This document shows, one piece after another, positions 37,276 through 50,900 of a DNA stretch of 64,000 nucleotides; positions within the stretch are counted from its first letter, which is position 1; the number at the start of each line of letters is the position of its first letter. The stretch is from Antedon mediterranea (lineage: Eukaryota > Animalia > Echinodermata), in NCBI RefSeq assembly GCF_964355755.1, contig NC_092672.1:35036437-35100436 (forward strand), read 5' to 3'. The position numbers and the translations under genes are program-made. A model generated the notes under the pieces. That model saw nothing but the letters and a program-made list of their open reading frames with translations. It did no database searches and was not told the origin of the DNA.

Positions 37276-38509
37276 TACGCATTCAACCGTTTGATTTATA
37301 TAGCGCCATTCCAACAGTCATTGCTCATGGCGCTGCCAAAAATATCAGAAAATGTGTGCATTTACAGAAAGGATATAAGCTTACGTTGACCAATAGGAAG
37401 ACATGGATCTTTAAAACTGTCGCTTATGATTGGTCAAAACGCTTACGTTGTGTCGTTGTGAAGACCCGTCTGTTATAACGGTAAGTGGAAAAACCACAAG
37501 ATTCAAGATTCAAGAAATTTTATTTGTCCATAAAAATGGAAATTCACTTTGCTTGGTAGATTAAAACAACAATAAAAAACAAACATAAAAAATGTTGCAA
37601 CAATTTAAAACGTGCAGTATATAAAAGATAAAATACAAGATAAAAAGTAGTATCAATGAAATTGATATCAAACTCTGACATTTATATATCATAATACATC
37701 GACATAATTGAGGCACAAGACTTTATGAATCATTATCTCGATCTTTATTTAATTTAAGAGTTTTTGATATGCATATCTGATTTATATCGAACTTATTAGT
37801 GAGCCCTCTAGTTTACAGTTTCAAACGAATGATACACTACACAACAATTAAAATGTGCAGCACACTACTTTTGATATTCATACACATTGAGACTGTGCCT
37901 CTGATATAAAACAGATATAATATAATAATATATTTGAAACATGCCAGAAACAACTGTCCCCTACTTTCAATGCTATTCTGAATTTTGAGACTACATAATG
38001 GTGCAAAAACTAATATTAATTTAAAACAATAAAAATAGAAACATATATATACATATATCTAATTAGCATCATCATTTTTTATTTCAAAGACTATACCCAA
38101 TATTCTTAAACCAAACTTTAGTAGTAGTTTGAGCTAAAATTTGTAATTGGTCTTATTGTACACAATGAACAAAAATGCTGAGCTTTACTGAAAATGTGAA
38201 AAAAAAATGTCCTGCCACGATAATGCACTGTTGTTAAAAACCAAAATGGCTTTCAAGCCACAATGAATATTAATGATCTAAGTGAAACAGTACTGTCTGA
38301 TGATTGAATAAATATAAATATATATTTGTTTAATTCCTGAAGTACATGTTGGGAAGGAGTTTTTTTTAAATTAAAAAGTATGATTTATAGTATCATAATG
38401 ACACACTCGGAATTTAGAGGCCACCCAACATATTGTTGGGTTTAATTTATATACACATACAGATCTACACATCTTTATCTCTTAATTAAATCTACCTTTT
38501 GATCCTGTT

Positions 38510-38866
38510 AAACCATTGATTGGTTCGAAAACATTGATTAGTTCAAAACTATTGATTGGTTTGAAACCACTGACTGGTTCGAAACCACTGACTGGTTCGA
38601 AACCATTGATTAGTTCGAAACCATTGATTGGTCTGAAACCATTAATTAGTTTGAAACCATTGATTGGTCTGAAACCATTGATTAGTTCGAAACCATTGAT
38701 TGGTCTGAAACCATTGATTAGTCAAAAACCATTGATTGGTCTGAAACCATTGATTAGTCAAAAACCATTGATTGGTCTGAAACCATTGATTAGTCAAAAA
38801 CCATTGATTGGTTTGAAACCATTGATATAGTTTGAAAACTGGTGATTAGTTCGAAACCATTGATTT
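38510..38866. repeat. Tandem array, 18-bp unit, about 19 copies
   Basis: AAACCATTGATT[GA]GT[CT][TCA][GA] units, often alternating as a 36-bp dimer. Confidence 0.9.
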
Positions 38867-38971
38867 AGTCTATAATAGACAATTTGTTAAGATAAAAACA
38901 TAAAAAGAAAAAAAAATCTTTTTTTTTCATCAATATTAAACACTTGATCTATATACAAAAATAATAACAGT

Positions 38972-41900
38972 CTATATTTCATGTTTTTTGTAGTGCTCCA
39001 TGAAAATATCTTCCCGGCTTCCTCTGTCAAAATATGCGCGGCGGTACGTTGACGAATCATCCTGGAATTGATATCCGTAAGTCGCCTCAGAGATCGGCGA
39101 TTTGCAGATGAGAAATAAACGCTACAACAAGTAAAATATTATTAGTTATAATTAAACAGGTTATAATGTAGATTTTGGAAGTTAGACGTTACTGTTACAT
39201 TATTCATTATACAAAATTAAAAATGTACCTGCTAGTTCATAATTTAGAATTTGTTAATGTTAACTACTAACAAAATTAAAATCAACGTTTGAAATATTCC
39301 AAGTAAAGCATAAATATAAATTAAGCTTAATAGTTCTAAGACAGTATTTGAAATTCGGCTAGAAGAAAAATAATTGAAAAATTCGAAAAAAAAAAATCCA
39401 CAAATGTAATTCTTACTTCCATAAATGAACCCTCTGCAGTTGCAAACGCATAGACAATACCAATTGGTATCCAAATCATTGAAAGTAAAGCTATAAACCA
39501 GCCTAGGAACTCGGCCCAGTCAGGATAGATATAGTCATCGTAGGTCACTACTTCATACTGTATAAAGCTGAACACAAAGATAGCCTAGAGAGCCAGAAAA
39601 TAACAATAAGATTATCAGTCAATTCAATTTAAACTTTTTAAGGTTTATAAACCAAACTCATATAGCATTTAATATACAGTAGAATATACATATATATATT
39701 TAAACTGATGAAGGGCTAGTGCACTGATGAAGGGCTAGTGCACTGATGAAGGGCTAGTGCACTGATGAAGAGCTAGTGTTGCCCGAAAGCTCTGCTAACT
39801 TTTCTGGCTGTTTACTTTATCGTTTTGATTTAGCTTTTCACTTTTTATTTTTGTATCTCCATTGAGATCCAGCCACTGATACCCACAACATTGTCATTTT
39901 TTCAGTGCTTATTTTATTTTGTATCACTATTGAGATCCAGCCACTGATACCCACAGCATTGTCATTTTTTCAGTGCTTATTTTTTTTTGTATGTCCATTG
40001 AGATCCAGCCACTGATACCCACAACATTGTCATTTTGTATCTCCATTGAGATCCAGCCACTGATACCCACAACATTGTCATTTTGTATCTCCATTGAGAT
40101 CCAGCCACTGATACCCACAACATTGTCATTTTGTATCTCCATTGAGATCCAGCCACTGATACCCACAACATTGTCATTTTGTATCTCCATTGAGATCCAG
40201 CCACTGATACCCACAACATTGTCATTTTGTATCTCCATTGAGATCCAGCCACTGATACCCACAGCATTGTCATTTTGTATCTCCATTAAGATCCAGCCAC
40301 TGATACCCACAGCATTGTCATTTTGTATCTCCATTGAGATCCAGCCACTGATACCCACAACATTGTCATTTTGTATCTCCATTGAGATCCAGCCACTGAT
40401 ACCCACAGCATTGTCATTTTGTATCACCATTGAGATCCAGCCACTGATACCCACAGCATTGTCATTTTGTATCACCATTGAGATCCAGCCACTGATACCC
40501 ACAGCATTGTCATTTTGTATCTCCATTGAGATCCAGCCACTGATACCCACAGCATTGTCATTTTGTATCACCATTGAGATCCAGCCACTGATACCCACAG
40601 CATTGTCATTTTGTATCACCATTGAGATCCAGCCACTGATACCCACAGCATTGTCATTTTGTATCACCATTGAGATCCAGCCACTGATACCCACAGCATT
40701 GTCATTTTGTATCTCCATTGAGATCCAGCCACTGATACCCACAGCATTGTCATTTTGTATCTCCATTGAGATCCAGCCACTGATACCCACAGCATTGTCA
40801 TTTTGTATCACCATTGAGATCCAGCCACTGATACCCACAGCATTGTCATTTTGTATCACCATTGAGATCCAGCCACTGATACCCACAGCATTGTCATTTT
40901 GTATCACCATTGAGATCCAGCCACTGATACCCACAGCATTGTCATTTTGTATCTCCATTGAGATCCAGCCACTGATACCCACAGCATTGTCATTTTGTAT
41001 CTCCATTGAGATCCAGCCACTGATACCCATAGCATTGTCATTTTGTATCTCCATTGAGATCCAGCCTCTGATACCCACAACATTGTCATTTTGTATCTCC
41101 ATTGAGATCCAGCCACTGATACCCACAGCATTGTCATTTTGTATCTCCATTGAGATCCAGCCACTGATACCCACAGCATTGTCATTTTGTATCTCCATTG
41201 AGATCCAGCCACTGATACCCACAGCATTGTCATTTTTTTCAGTAATTTGCCTTTGGATTTATATATATTTAAACTTATATTTGTTTCATGTGAAAGTGTT
41301 CCTTTAATAAGGGGTGTCAAAAAGGATCCCAAAACCAAAACATGACAAATTCAAAGAGATTATCTCAATTTAGGCAAGCCACTCCCCCAAGGCCTCTTTG
41401 TTAGACTTCCAAGTAGAGTATTAAAGAGGATAACCACCAAGTACATACGGTCAACATGCTTTTTCCTTTCAAATCCCTCTTATTTGGAAGTTGTTACTAT
41501 TTCTGTTCGCAATTAACCAAATCTACTTTCCTTTAAGTCGACTTAAAAACCTTTTTTCAGAATTTATATTGACCTTGCTCTATTCTCACACAGCACCTTT
41601 GATACATTTTTTAATTGATGCTATTTCTGTTTTTATTAATTTATTATTAAACAAATGTAAATAATAAAATAAACTCCTGTCTACATTATCAAACTTTAAG
41701 TGACAAAAAAATGTTGATGTCATATCACTGCCATATTTGGCCATATCACTACCATATTTGTGCACATCACACTTTTTTTGTCAAACTACTTTGATAGTGT
41801 AGACAGAGCTTAACACTTACAAATATGAGAATAGGAGAAATGACAAGCCAGCAGGATACAAAGTAGATGTTTGGAGTAGAAGTGGTCATTTCCTCAACAT

Positions 41901-44900
41901 TCCTTCTTAGTCTTGTAGCACCTACAAAAGAAAGAGAAACTGAAATGCTAACTCTAGGGACTTTTAACCAGTCCAATTGGCCAATCCAATTGACCAGTCC
42001 TATTGGCCAATCCAATTGAGTCATCTCTACATACAGTATAAAACTTTGTCTACCCTATCAAACTTTATGTGACAAAATATGATGTGCCCAAATATGGACA
42101 TGTTGATGTCATATCACTACTATATTTAATCATGCCACTACCATATATGGGCACATCACACTATTTTTTGTCAAACTAGTTTGATAGTGTAGACAGAGCT
42201 TAACACAAAAACTGGTAGAGAAGAAGTCGATCTTATAAAAATCAATAAAATATTACACTGAAATAAAATATTTACCATAGAGCCAGCAGACAGCAATGAC
42301 TTCAGCTATAGCAATGAAGAAGATAGAAACAACAGCTACATACCAGTCAATGATTTGAAAGTAGTACATGCCACCCTGAAATAATTAACATTTACAGTAT
42401 AGTGAATTAACATTGCAATTGTAGCTTGGTGGTCAACATATTTTCTTAAGATTGGTTCACAGTAGGAAGTAAGCACAATGCAAGCGAGTTTGCCATTAAC
42501 AAGCCTACAGTTCAGATAATCCATTGCTTGTGATTCGTTTGCGTTGTGTTTGCGTTGCGTCCTAGTGGGAACCACGTTTTACAACCCTTATTAAGTGGTA
42601 TTGGAATGTTCTGTTTTTAGTATAAAGATTTCAATTCAATTTAGATTCAATGCCCATATGATGAAACTTGATAAAACTTTATGTGACAACAAAATGTGAT
42701 GTGCCCATATATGGACATAATGATATCACTACCATATTTGGGCATATCACTACCGTATTTGGGTACATCACACTCTATTTGTCAAACTAGTTTGATAGTG
42801 TAGACAGAGTGTGGGTTCTCTGTATGAGCATAATATGTAGGAAGTAAGCAACATACCATGTTGACTGTTTATATGGCGTATATAAGACCTATTTTAGAAT
42901 ATGCTGCCCCTGTTTGGCATGGCGCTATCACTAAGGACATGTCCAAGTCTATTGAAAAGGTACAAAAGAGAGCATTGCGTATCATGCTAGGTAACAACTA
43001 TTTGTGCTATGATCATGCATTGTCTGTTACTGGTTTACCGACTCTTGTAGAGAGAAGAAACAAACTTGTGTTGTCTTTCGGGGAAGGCTTACTTCCCCCT
43101 CTTCATAAGCCAGCTCGGTCTCTCAGAGTCAACCGCTTTCTAGAAGTACCTCATTGTAAAACCAGCAGACTTAGGTCGTCTCCAGTTCCCACCATGGTGG
43201 ATATAATTAATAGGCACCACTAGCTCTTTTTTAGATATGTAATAAGTGAAGGTTTTAAGGTTTTTTATTCATGTATGTTTTTAATTGTATGGTACGATAT
43301 CTAATTTTATTAAGATGTTTCTATTTTTATAGCAATTTTAACTAATTTTTAGTCATTTGTAATACATTTCATTTCAGTCCTTGACTGTCGTTTTGTAATA
43401 TATTTTTATATACCGAATAAATAAATAAATAAAAAAATGTACAAACAACACCAGAGTGAAATTATTGGCCAGTACACAATTGTGTGTTATTGAATATGAA
43501 AGAGTCTACAAACCTGAAAAGTGCATGGAATACCACAGGCAAAGGTGAACAGACAAATGTACAAGACGAGGACCTCCTTACGGTTAAAATACAAAGGTTT
43601 CAGTTTGGGAAACCCGTCCATAAGAGTTGTTATGACAACTTCAACCATTGCAAACTAGAAAAGAAAGTTGAAATACAATATAATAACCTCTCCTTTTGGC
43701 CACACCCACTAATGGGAGACATTCCTACTGGAAAAACTATGACAAGAATCTGTATACAATATGAATTCTAATCACTTTTTTGCTGTGGTTGATTTACCCT
43801 TTGTTTTTGTATGACTATTTCATGTTTAAATGTTTTTTTGTATAAATTGTATTTACTTAATGTATTGATTTTCTATGTTAATGTTTTGGTGTTTTTGTGT
43901 AGTTTTTATACAGTTTTTATGTAAATGCAATACTTTCACCTTCTGCTGCTTTTTGTATCTATATGTTTTTTTAAACCGAAAAAAAAAAATAAATATAGGT
44001 TTCTTAAAAAGTAGTTTCACATACAGTACATACAAAAAATGGTAATTATTACCTGGCTGTCAATGCCTAAACAGATAAGCATTATGAAGAACAAGACGGA
44101 CCATAACTGAGGCACAGGCATGGCAGAAAATGCTGCTGGATACACAGCAAACACAAGTCCTGGGCCTAGACGAAATATAAACAAAAGGAAACCATTTATT
44201 TATATTTTGAACACCTTATAAGGTCAATTTTGTAAATATGTATCACATTTTTTGTATAATCTTTATGATAAGCATTTTTGGCTTTGTGAAGATTTCATCA
44301 GTCAGGAAACTCAGGAATGCAAACTTATTCCCATGATAAGATTTAGGTACAACCCAACAGGTATACAGGTATATATAATAATAATCCAAAATATGTGTGT
44401 CAATAGGGTCTGTATGGTACTTTTATTTAATTCATTTCATTTATTTTTCATAATATACAAAGTAAAACAAGATCAAAACTTTAAGATTAAAATGAAATAG
44501 TATAACTTGGAAGAATGTCTTTTTAGGACAAAATGTCACTTTAAAGGTCACCAGTGAAACAAACAAAAGGCATTTGAATGGCTTTTAATAACAAATAAAA
44601 AGTACTTACCACTTGCAACAACGTTATCAACATCCTCGTTTTGGATAAACGCTAGATGACCTATCACCGAGAAGATTGCGCATGAGGCAAAGAGACTTGT
44701 AAAAGCATTGATGCCCGATATCAGCATTGTATCTCTGTAAAAACAAACACAATTAATCATTACTACGAAACATTTGTATGAACCATGGTGGACTTAGTTC
44801 AAACAAAAAATGACAAACTAAGCTTTTCAATATAGCTAATGGTTTACTGGGAAATAATGAGATAAAGCTATGGTTATGAACAAGAAACAAGATAAAAAAT

Positions 44901-47900
44901 AAATTTCAGTTAAAATCAAAAGAAAATTGTTTAAAAAAAAAATGAACATAAAACAAAAAAAGAAGGGTGTAATTAGTTCTTGTTAAAGTTTAAACAAAAA
45001 TTATTTGGTTACTCCTTGTTTATGTAAATTAAGTTATTTTACAGTTTTTAGAGCAAATTATTGAAGTAATATACTCTATTGTTTACAAACGCATTTGAAA
45101 TGATAGCCTGGGGAAAAAGGTTGAAACATATGGTAACTCAAATTATAGAAACTAAGATTGTACTGGGTGTGGTCTAATAGAGTTTCTGCTCTCAACTAGC
45201 CATCCATTCATAGCACAACTTATAAAGAAAGTCAACCTCATGGCTGTAGAATGGAAGACTATACCGACTTTGCCTTTATTGATAAAAAGCTTTGAGTGAT
45301 AGTGTTACATTAAAAACCATTGCCATACTAGTATTTATGATTTTTTGTGTGGGTGTGGTTTTTGTTACAATGAAACACGTAGTTTTCTTTCAGTATATTC
45401 TTCTTTGGGACACCCCTATATAAGAGGACACATTCCCACAAAACAAACAAAAGGCAATATATACTTGTTAGTAGCCAACCCTTAAAGTAAAACTGTTATT
45501 AAATGGATAAAAAGTGCCTTATTCTACTGTAAAATACCTTAATATTGATTTTCTATTTAATATGCATGATTATAAGCCAGAATACTGTATGGAAAAAAAA
45601 AAGGAACGCGTGTTCAAGAACGCACATTTGTTCCCAAAGTATAATTTTGCTTTTGAAATCATTCATTTGAAAAAAAAAATGTAATGAAGCGGATTTAGAC
45701 GGAATAATAATTTTGCTTTGAAATCATTCATTTGAAAAATTGGAGCAGATTTAGGTGGAATAGCCTCTTAAAACAAGCAGTAAGAAATTATGTTATTGTT
45801 GAATTTGACATGCATGATAAACTTTATTCTTTTTTTTCCCTCAAGCATGCAAACCAAGCATCAGTTGAATATGAATATTTAGTTAAAAACACATTTTCTG
45901 GATTAATATCTCTCACAGACAATATTTTATATATTTATAAATATTTTAATCAGTTGTTACTCTCTAATAACAATTATCTACAGTACTACTTTATCAAACT
46001 TTATGTGACTAAAATATGTGATGTCCCCATATATGGACATGATGATGTCATACCTCTACTATATTTGGGTATATCACTACCATATTTGTTTGTCAAACTG
46101 GTTTGATAGTGTAGACAGAGCTTTACTCACTATCCTTTTCAAATGCGGAACACTAATGGACATGATGATGTCATACCACTACTATATTTGGGTATATCAC
46201 TACCATATTTAGGTATATCACTACCATATTTGGGTACATCACTACCATATTTGTTTGTCAAACTGGTTTGATAGTGTATCTTTTTCAAAATGTAGCACAA
46301 CATACAAGATGCTATACTCTATATAGGATTTGAACAAGATCCTGGTAGCCGAGCATTACAAGACCATGGCTTTTCATAATAGAAAATGAATGATTTTATA
46401 CAACATCTGCATTTTAAAGATTAAATTCATTCATAAACACTTGGGACATTCCTATTCATAGCACACCCCTATTAACGAGAAACTTCACCATAAATAAAAC
46501 AGGGGAAATATACGTTTTAACACTAAAGCCAACCCTATATATATTCAGTGGGAATCAATATTAGTGGATACTTTCCTGTTTAAAACAAACAAAGGAAATA
46601 TGCTGTAACAAGACAAACCCATATTTAGCGGACTCTCCTTATACAGATACGTTTAATTTCCATTTATATTTGACAATAAATGTATCTGTATAAAGAGGAC
46701 AGTTTTGTTGGGTCCCAAAGGTTCCCCCCAAATAGGGGCTCTATTGTAGTGTATATTGTGGTATGAAAGACTAATTATATAACATTCAACCCATGCTAAT
46801 ATAATTGGAAACATTTAAAAAATGTTTTTTTCATGCAGAATATAAAAAAGATATTTGGGTTCATAGAAAAATTATATCATGCATCATTGTAATATGGTAA
46901 ATATATGATAGCATAACATTAGGAAAATGACATAAATGAATTTGTCTTTAACTTTAACAGCAGTACCAATAAAGGATGAGATATACATGACAAGACAGGC
47001 AGGTCTAAAGGATAACGATTACGACAAATAGATAAATATGCATTTTTCATACATAAAACAAAAGAAATATAAACATTTTCAACCTAGAACTATAGGATAA
47101 CAATCTATGCTTTCTTTGATGAAAATGATATTTTCACACGTCCTATCAAATGACGTCATGATTAGTAGGAGCAATTAAATATAGTGCAATTTTATTGGTT
47201 TTATCAAAGACATCATTTGATTGGATTTTTAAAAATATTATTTTACCAAATATAGCATAAATGGTTATCCTATAGTTATAGAACGAAAACCTTTCCAATT
47301 TCGTTGCTTATCTATTTATCGTCGTTGTTATCGTCCTAGTGTAATTTGCCTTAACAAACTCCTTCCACTAGCGTATTGCTCTCAATAATTTTACATTTTT
47401 CTCATCAAACCTTGCCATCTTTAAGATCCAATATGAGATTTCTTCATTGAAATTATATCACATTCTAGATGCATGTTGTACTTTTGATTAAAGGTTTTCC
47501 AGCATTAATGAGATTGACATTATGTTTAAAAATTATTCTATTTGAACAAGATTGATGATGAACAGTATGATTTCAAAATTGTAAACATTTATTTCTGGCT
47601 GGCGTAGCCTCAACTGATTACAAGATAGCTTACAAGTAATAAAGATTTGCCTGTATGTTAATGATAAGTATGACCCCGTGGTAAATGATACATGGTACAG
47701 GAATGTGAATGATATCGAAAATTGCGTCACAGGACTAGTCATCCAACGATCCAAAACATTATAATTCCCTATAGTTCTTTCTGTCTGACGTTCACCAGAT
47801 TGCATCGCCTGATTACATCGTTGAATTTGGTGTATAATAACGATTTTGTATTATAAGAATCCAACATTGACATCTTTACCATTAAGTACATGCTTAGATA

Positions 47901-50900
47901 CCTATTATTCGGTTAGTTTACACATTTTATAAATAAAAAAAAAACATGTTTTTAAGAACAAGGAAATTGCTAAACAACAGGATCAAAACAAAACATGTCT
48001 GTCAATCAACAGAGTAGAGATTATGACATACCTTGTCGTCTGGCAAGAAATTTGAAGGGTTGAAATTTAATTATGGATTACACTGTAAAAAAACTATTAC
48101 GTAGAAGCACAGTTTAGTTGAAAAAAATATTATTATAATGTAATTAAATAAAACAAAATAACATGCATTAAACTAATTAATTATTTGTTCTTCTTTGAAC
48201 CAAATTAAAATAAAAGATAATTATGCTGTGAATAATCACTTTCTTGGTAAAGAAGAATTTGTTGAAAACATGAAATGAAATTAAACATTTATTTTAATTA
48301 CATTGTAATTGATCTTCTGCAAAAAAATTTATTAGATTGTGAAGAATGAATGAAACAACAACAAAAATATACTTATAATACATTTTTAAAAATCACATAA
48401 AAATAACACACATATTGATATATTTTTGGAAATATTTTCTCACAAAAATTGTGTAAATAAAAAAGAATCACCTGACAAGCGTGTTACTATGAAACTCATT
48501 GTAGCTAGAGAGGGCGATCATCGAGCCGAATGCGATACCAATTGAATTAAAGTTTTGAGCAGCAGCAGCTACCCAAACCTATATTTGGAAAAAAAAAATG
48601 TTACTGCATGCAAATTTATTTTGGGAATGGGCAAAGGTCATAATTGAGCATATTTTAACAAGGAAGCGGAAAAAAACATAATGCATTAACAAGAGGAAGT
48701 ATTTAATCCTTAAAAAAAAAATTAAATCTAAAAATAAGTACTCGCAATTAATACTGTAATTGATACTGTATTACAAAAGTGGTACAATATACTAACCTCT
48801 GCCTCCATTAACAGATCCCAATCTGGCTGAATAAAAAATCTAAGTCCCTCTCCTGCGCCCTCTAGTGACGCGCCCACTCCTACGAGAATCGCTAAAACCA
48901 TGTACGGGAATGTAGCAGTTACGTAAACAACCTAAAATATATACATAATAATAATAAACAATAACATTAATAATAATAAACAATAACATTAATAATAATA
49001 ATAAACAATAACATTAATAATAATAATAAACAATAACATTAATAATAATAATAAACAATAATAATCACATCAACAACAACAATAATAATAACAATAACAA
49101 TAATAATAATGTATATACACACTATCAAAAACAGACTAGTAATGTTTATTTTCTTTTTTTGTGTGTGTGTGGCCTTGTCCCACTTTTATTTGCATTGCCT
49201 ATTTTACAATACATATTCATTCAGCCGCATTCAAATACTTCCTGGTGCTGGCAAGAAATCAAGGGTCAGTTTATTTTAAGCAAAAGTACCATATTGGTTA
49301 TTCACAGCTATAGCCTATAGCTATAACTTATAGGCTACAGTATGACCTATAGCTATATAAAGTTATAGCTATAGCCTATAGCTATAACTTATAGGCTACA
49401 GTATGACCTATAGCTATATAAAGTTATAGCTATAGCCTATAGCTATAACTTATAGGCTACAGTATGACCTATAGCTATATAAAGTTATAGCTATAGCCTA
49501 TAGCTATAACTTATAGGCTACAGTATGACCTATAGCTATATAAAGTTATAGCTATAGCCTATAGCTATAACTTATAGGCTACAGTATGACCTATAGCTAT
49601 ATAAAGTTATAGCTATAGCCTATAGCTATAACTTATAGGCTACAGTATGACCTATAGCTATATAAAGTTATAGCTATAGCCTATAGCTATAACAAAAAGC
49701 ATTGAGGCAAAACTTTTAATATTCACAGTGTAATGCAATATAAAAAAAAAAATATGTTACTGTAACATATATTTTGTTTAACTTGCAAATTAAAGACAAA
49801 TTAAGATACACTACCAGACAATTTGACACTTATGAGAAATAACATAGTCATGTCAAACTGCTTACACAGCACAAATTTATATTTTGACATTTAACATTTT
49901 GTGAATATATCAAGGATTTACTTTTACTTTGTAAATGTATTCAAAGGAAAACCATTTTACCTTGCCAGAAGACTTAACCCCTTTGTGTAAGCATAAATAA
50001 ACCAAAATCCAAGCTAACACCAAGAAACCAAATATCTCCCACCGCATTTCTCCAAAATCATCAATGCCACCTGTGATATTGAGCACTCGACGACTTGATA
50101 GAAAGAAAGGGAAAACATATAATGAGGGAGGATGCTTTTTTTTTTTTTTAAACCATATTTAATGGGGGTGATCCATCCAGCTATTGCTGATTATTAGGGA
50201 CCCTCAGAGCCCTCAAACATATACACAAGATGCTCTACATAAACAAAGTCTTATTACAAGTCTTTGGGAGTGGAGTAATTTGGCCCTTAGAAAAAATCCT
50301 GACATGTGACGGGACTTGAACCCAGGACCCTTGGAGTGGTAGACAAGCATCATAACCACCAAGCCACAACTCCACTCCAAAATAGCCCCTGTATAAGGGG
50401 GATGCTTTATGTATTGCTTGATGCGTTTTTATTCTTTATTCTTTATATAATAATAGGTCCAGATGATGACAAATTGAAGTTGAAAAGAATTCGATTAAAG
50501 CTATGTCTACACTATCAAACTAGTTTAACAAAAAAAATTTGATGTGCCCAAATATGGTAGTGATAGGCCTAAATATGGTAGTGATATGACATTATCATGT
50601 CCATGTATCTTCTTCTTACTTGAATCTTCGGGCTCTTGATTAAGGCAAATGCCTTTTAAACGCCCTCCATTTCTTCTGTATTTATCTAGAATTGGTAGCA
50701 AAATTTATCTCCCATTGCTCTGTCTTTGTATGTATGTATGGACACATCGCATTTTTTTTTGTCACATTAAGCTTGATAGTGTAGATAGAACTTTAGGATT
50801 AAACTGTAATGAATAGCACAACACACATCAGAAAGGTTAATTCATTTGATATGCTAACTGAAAGAAACCGAGAAAAACATTGCGCTGTTAATGTCCAGAA

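Noticed and set aside
38516-38830. 104-aa KPLIGL repeat ORF
   Set aside because: Translation of the 18-bp minisatellite in the ine 3' region, on the opposite strand.
47370-47830. GC-richer intronic stretch with a 90-aa ORF, possibly a decayed retroelement or extra ine exon
   Set aside because: No recognisable motif, and the ine exons on either side join in frame without it.
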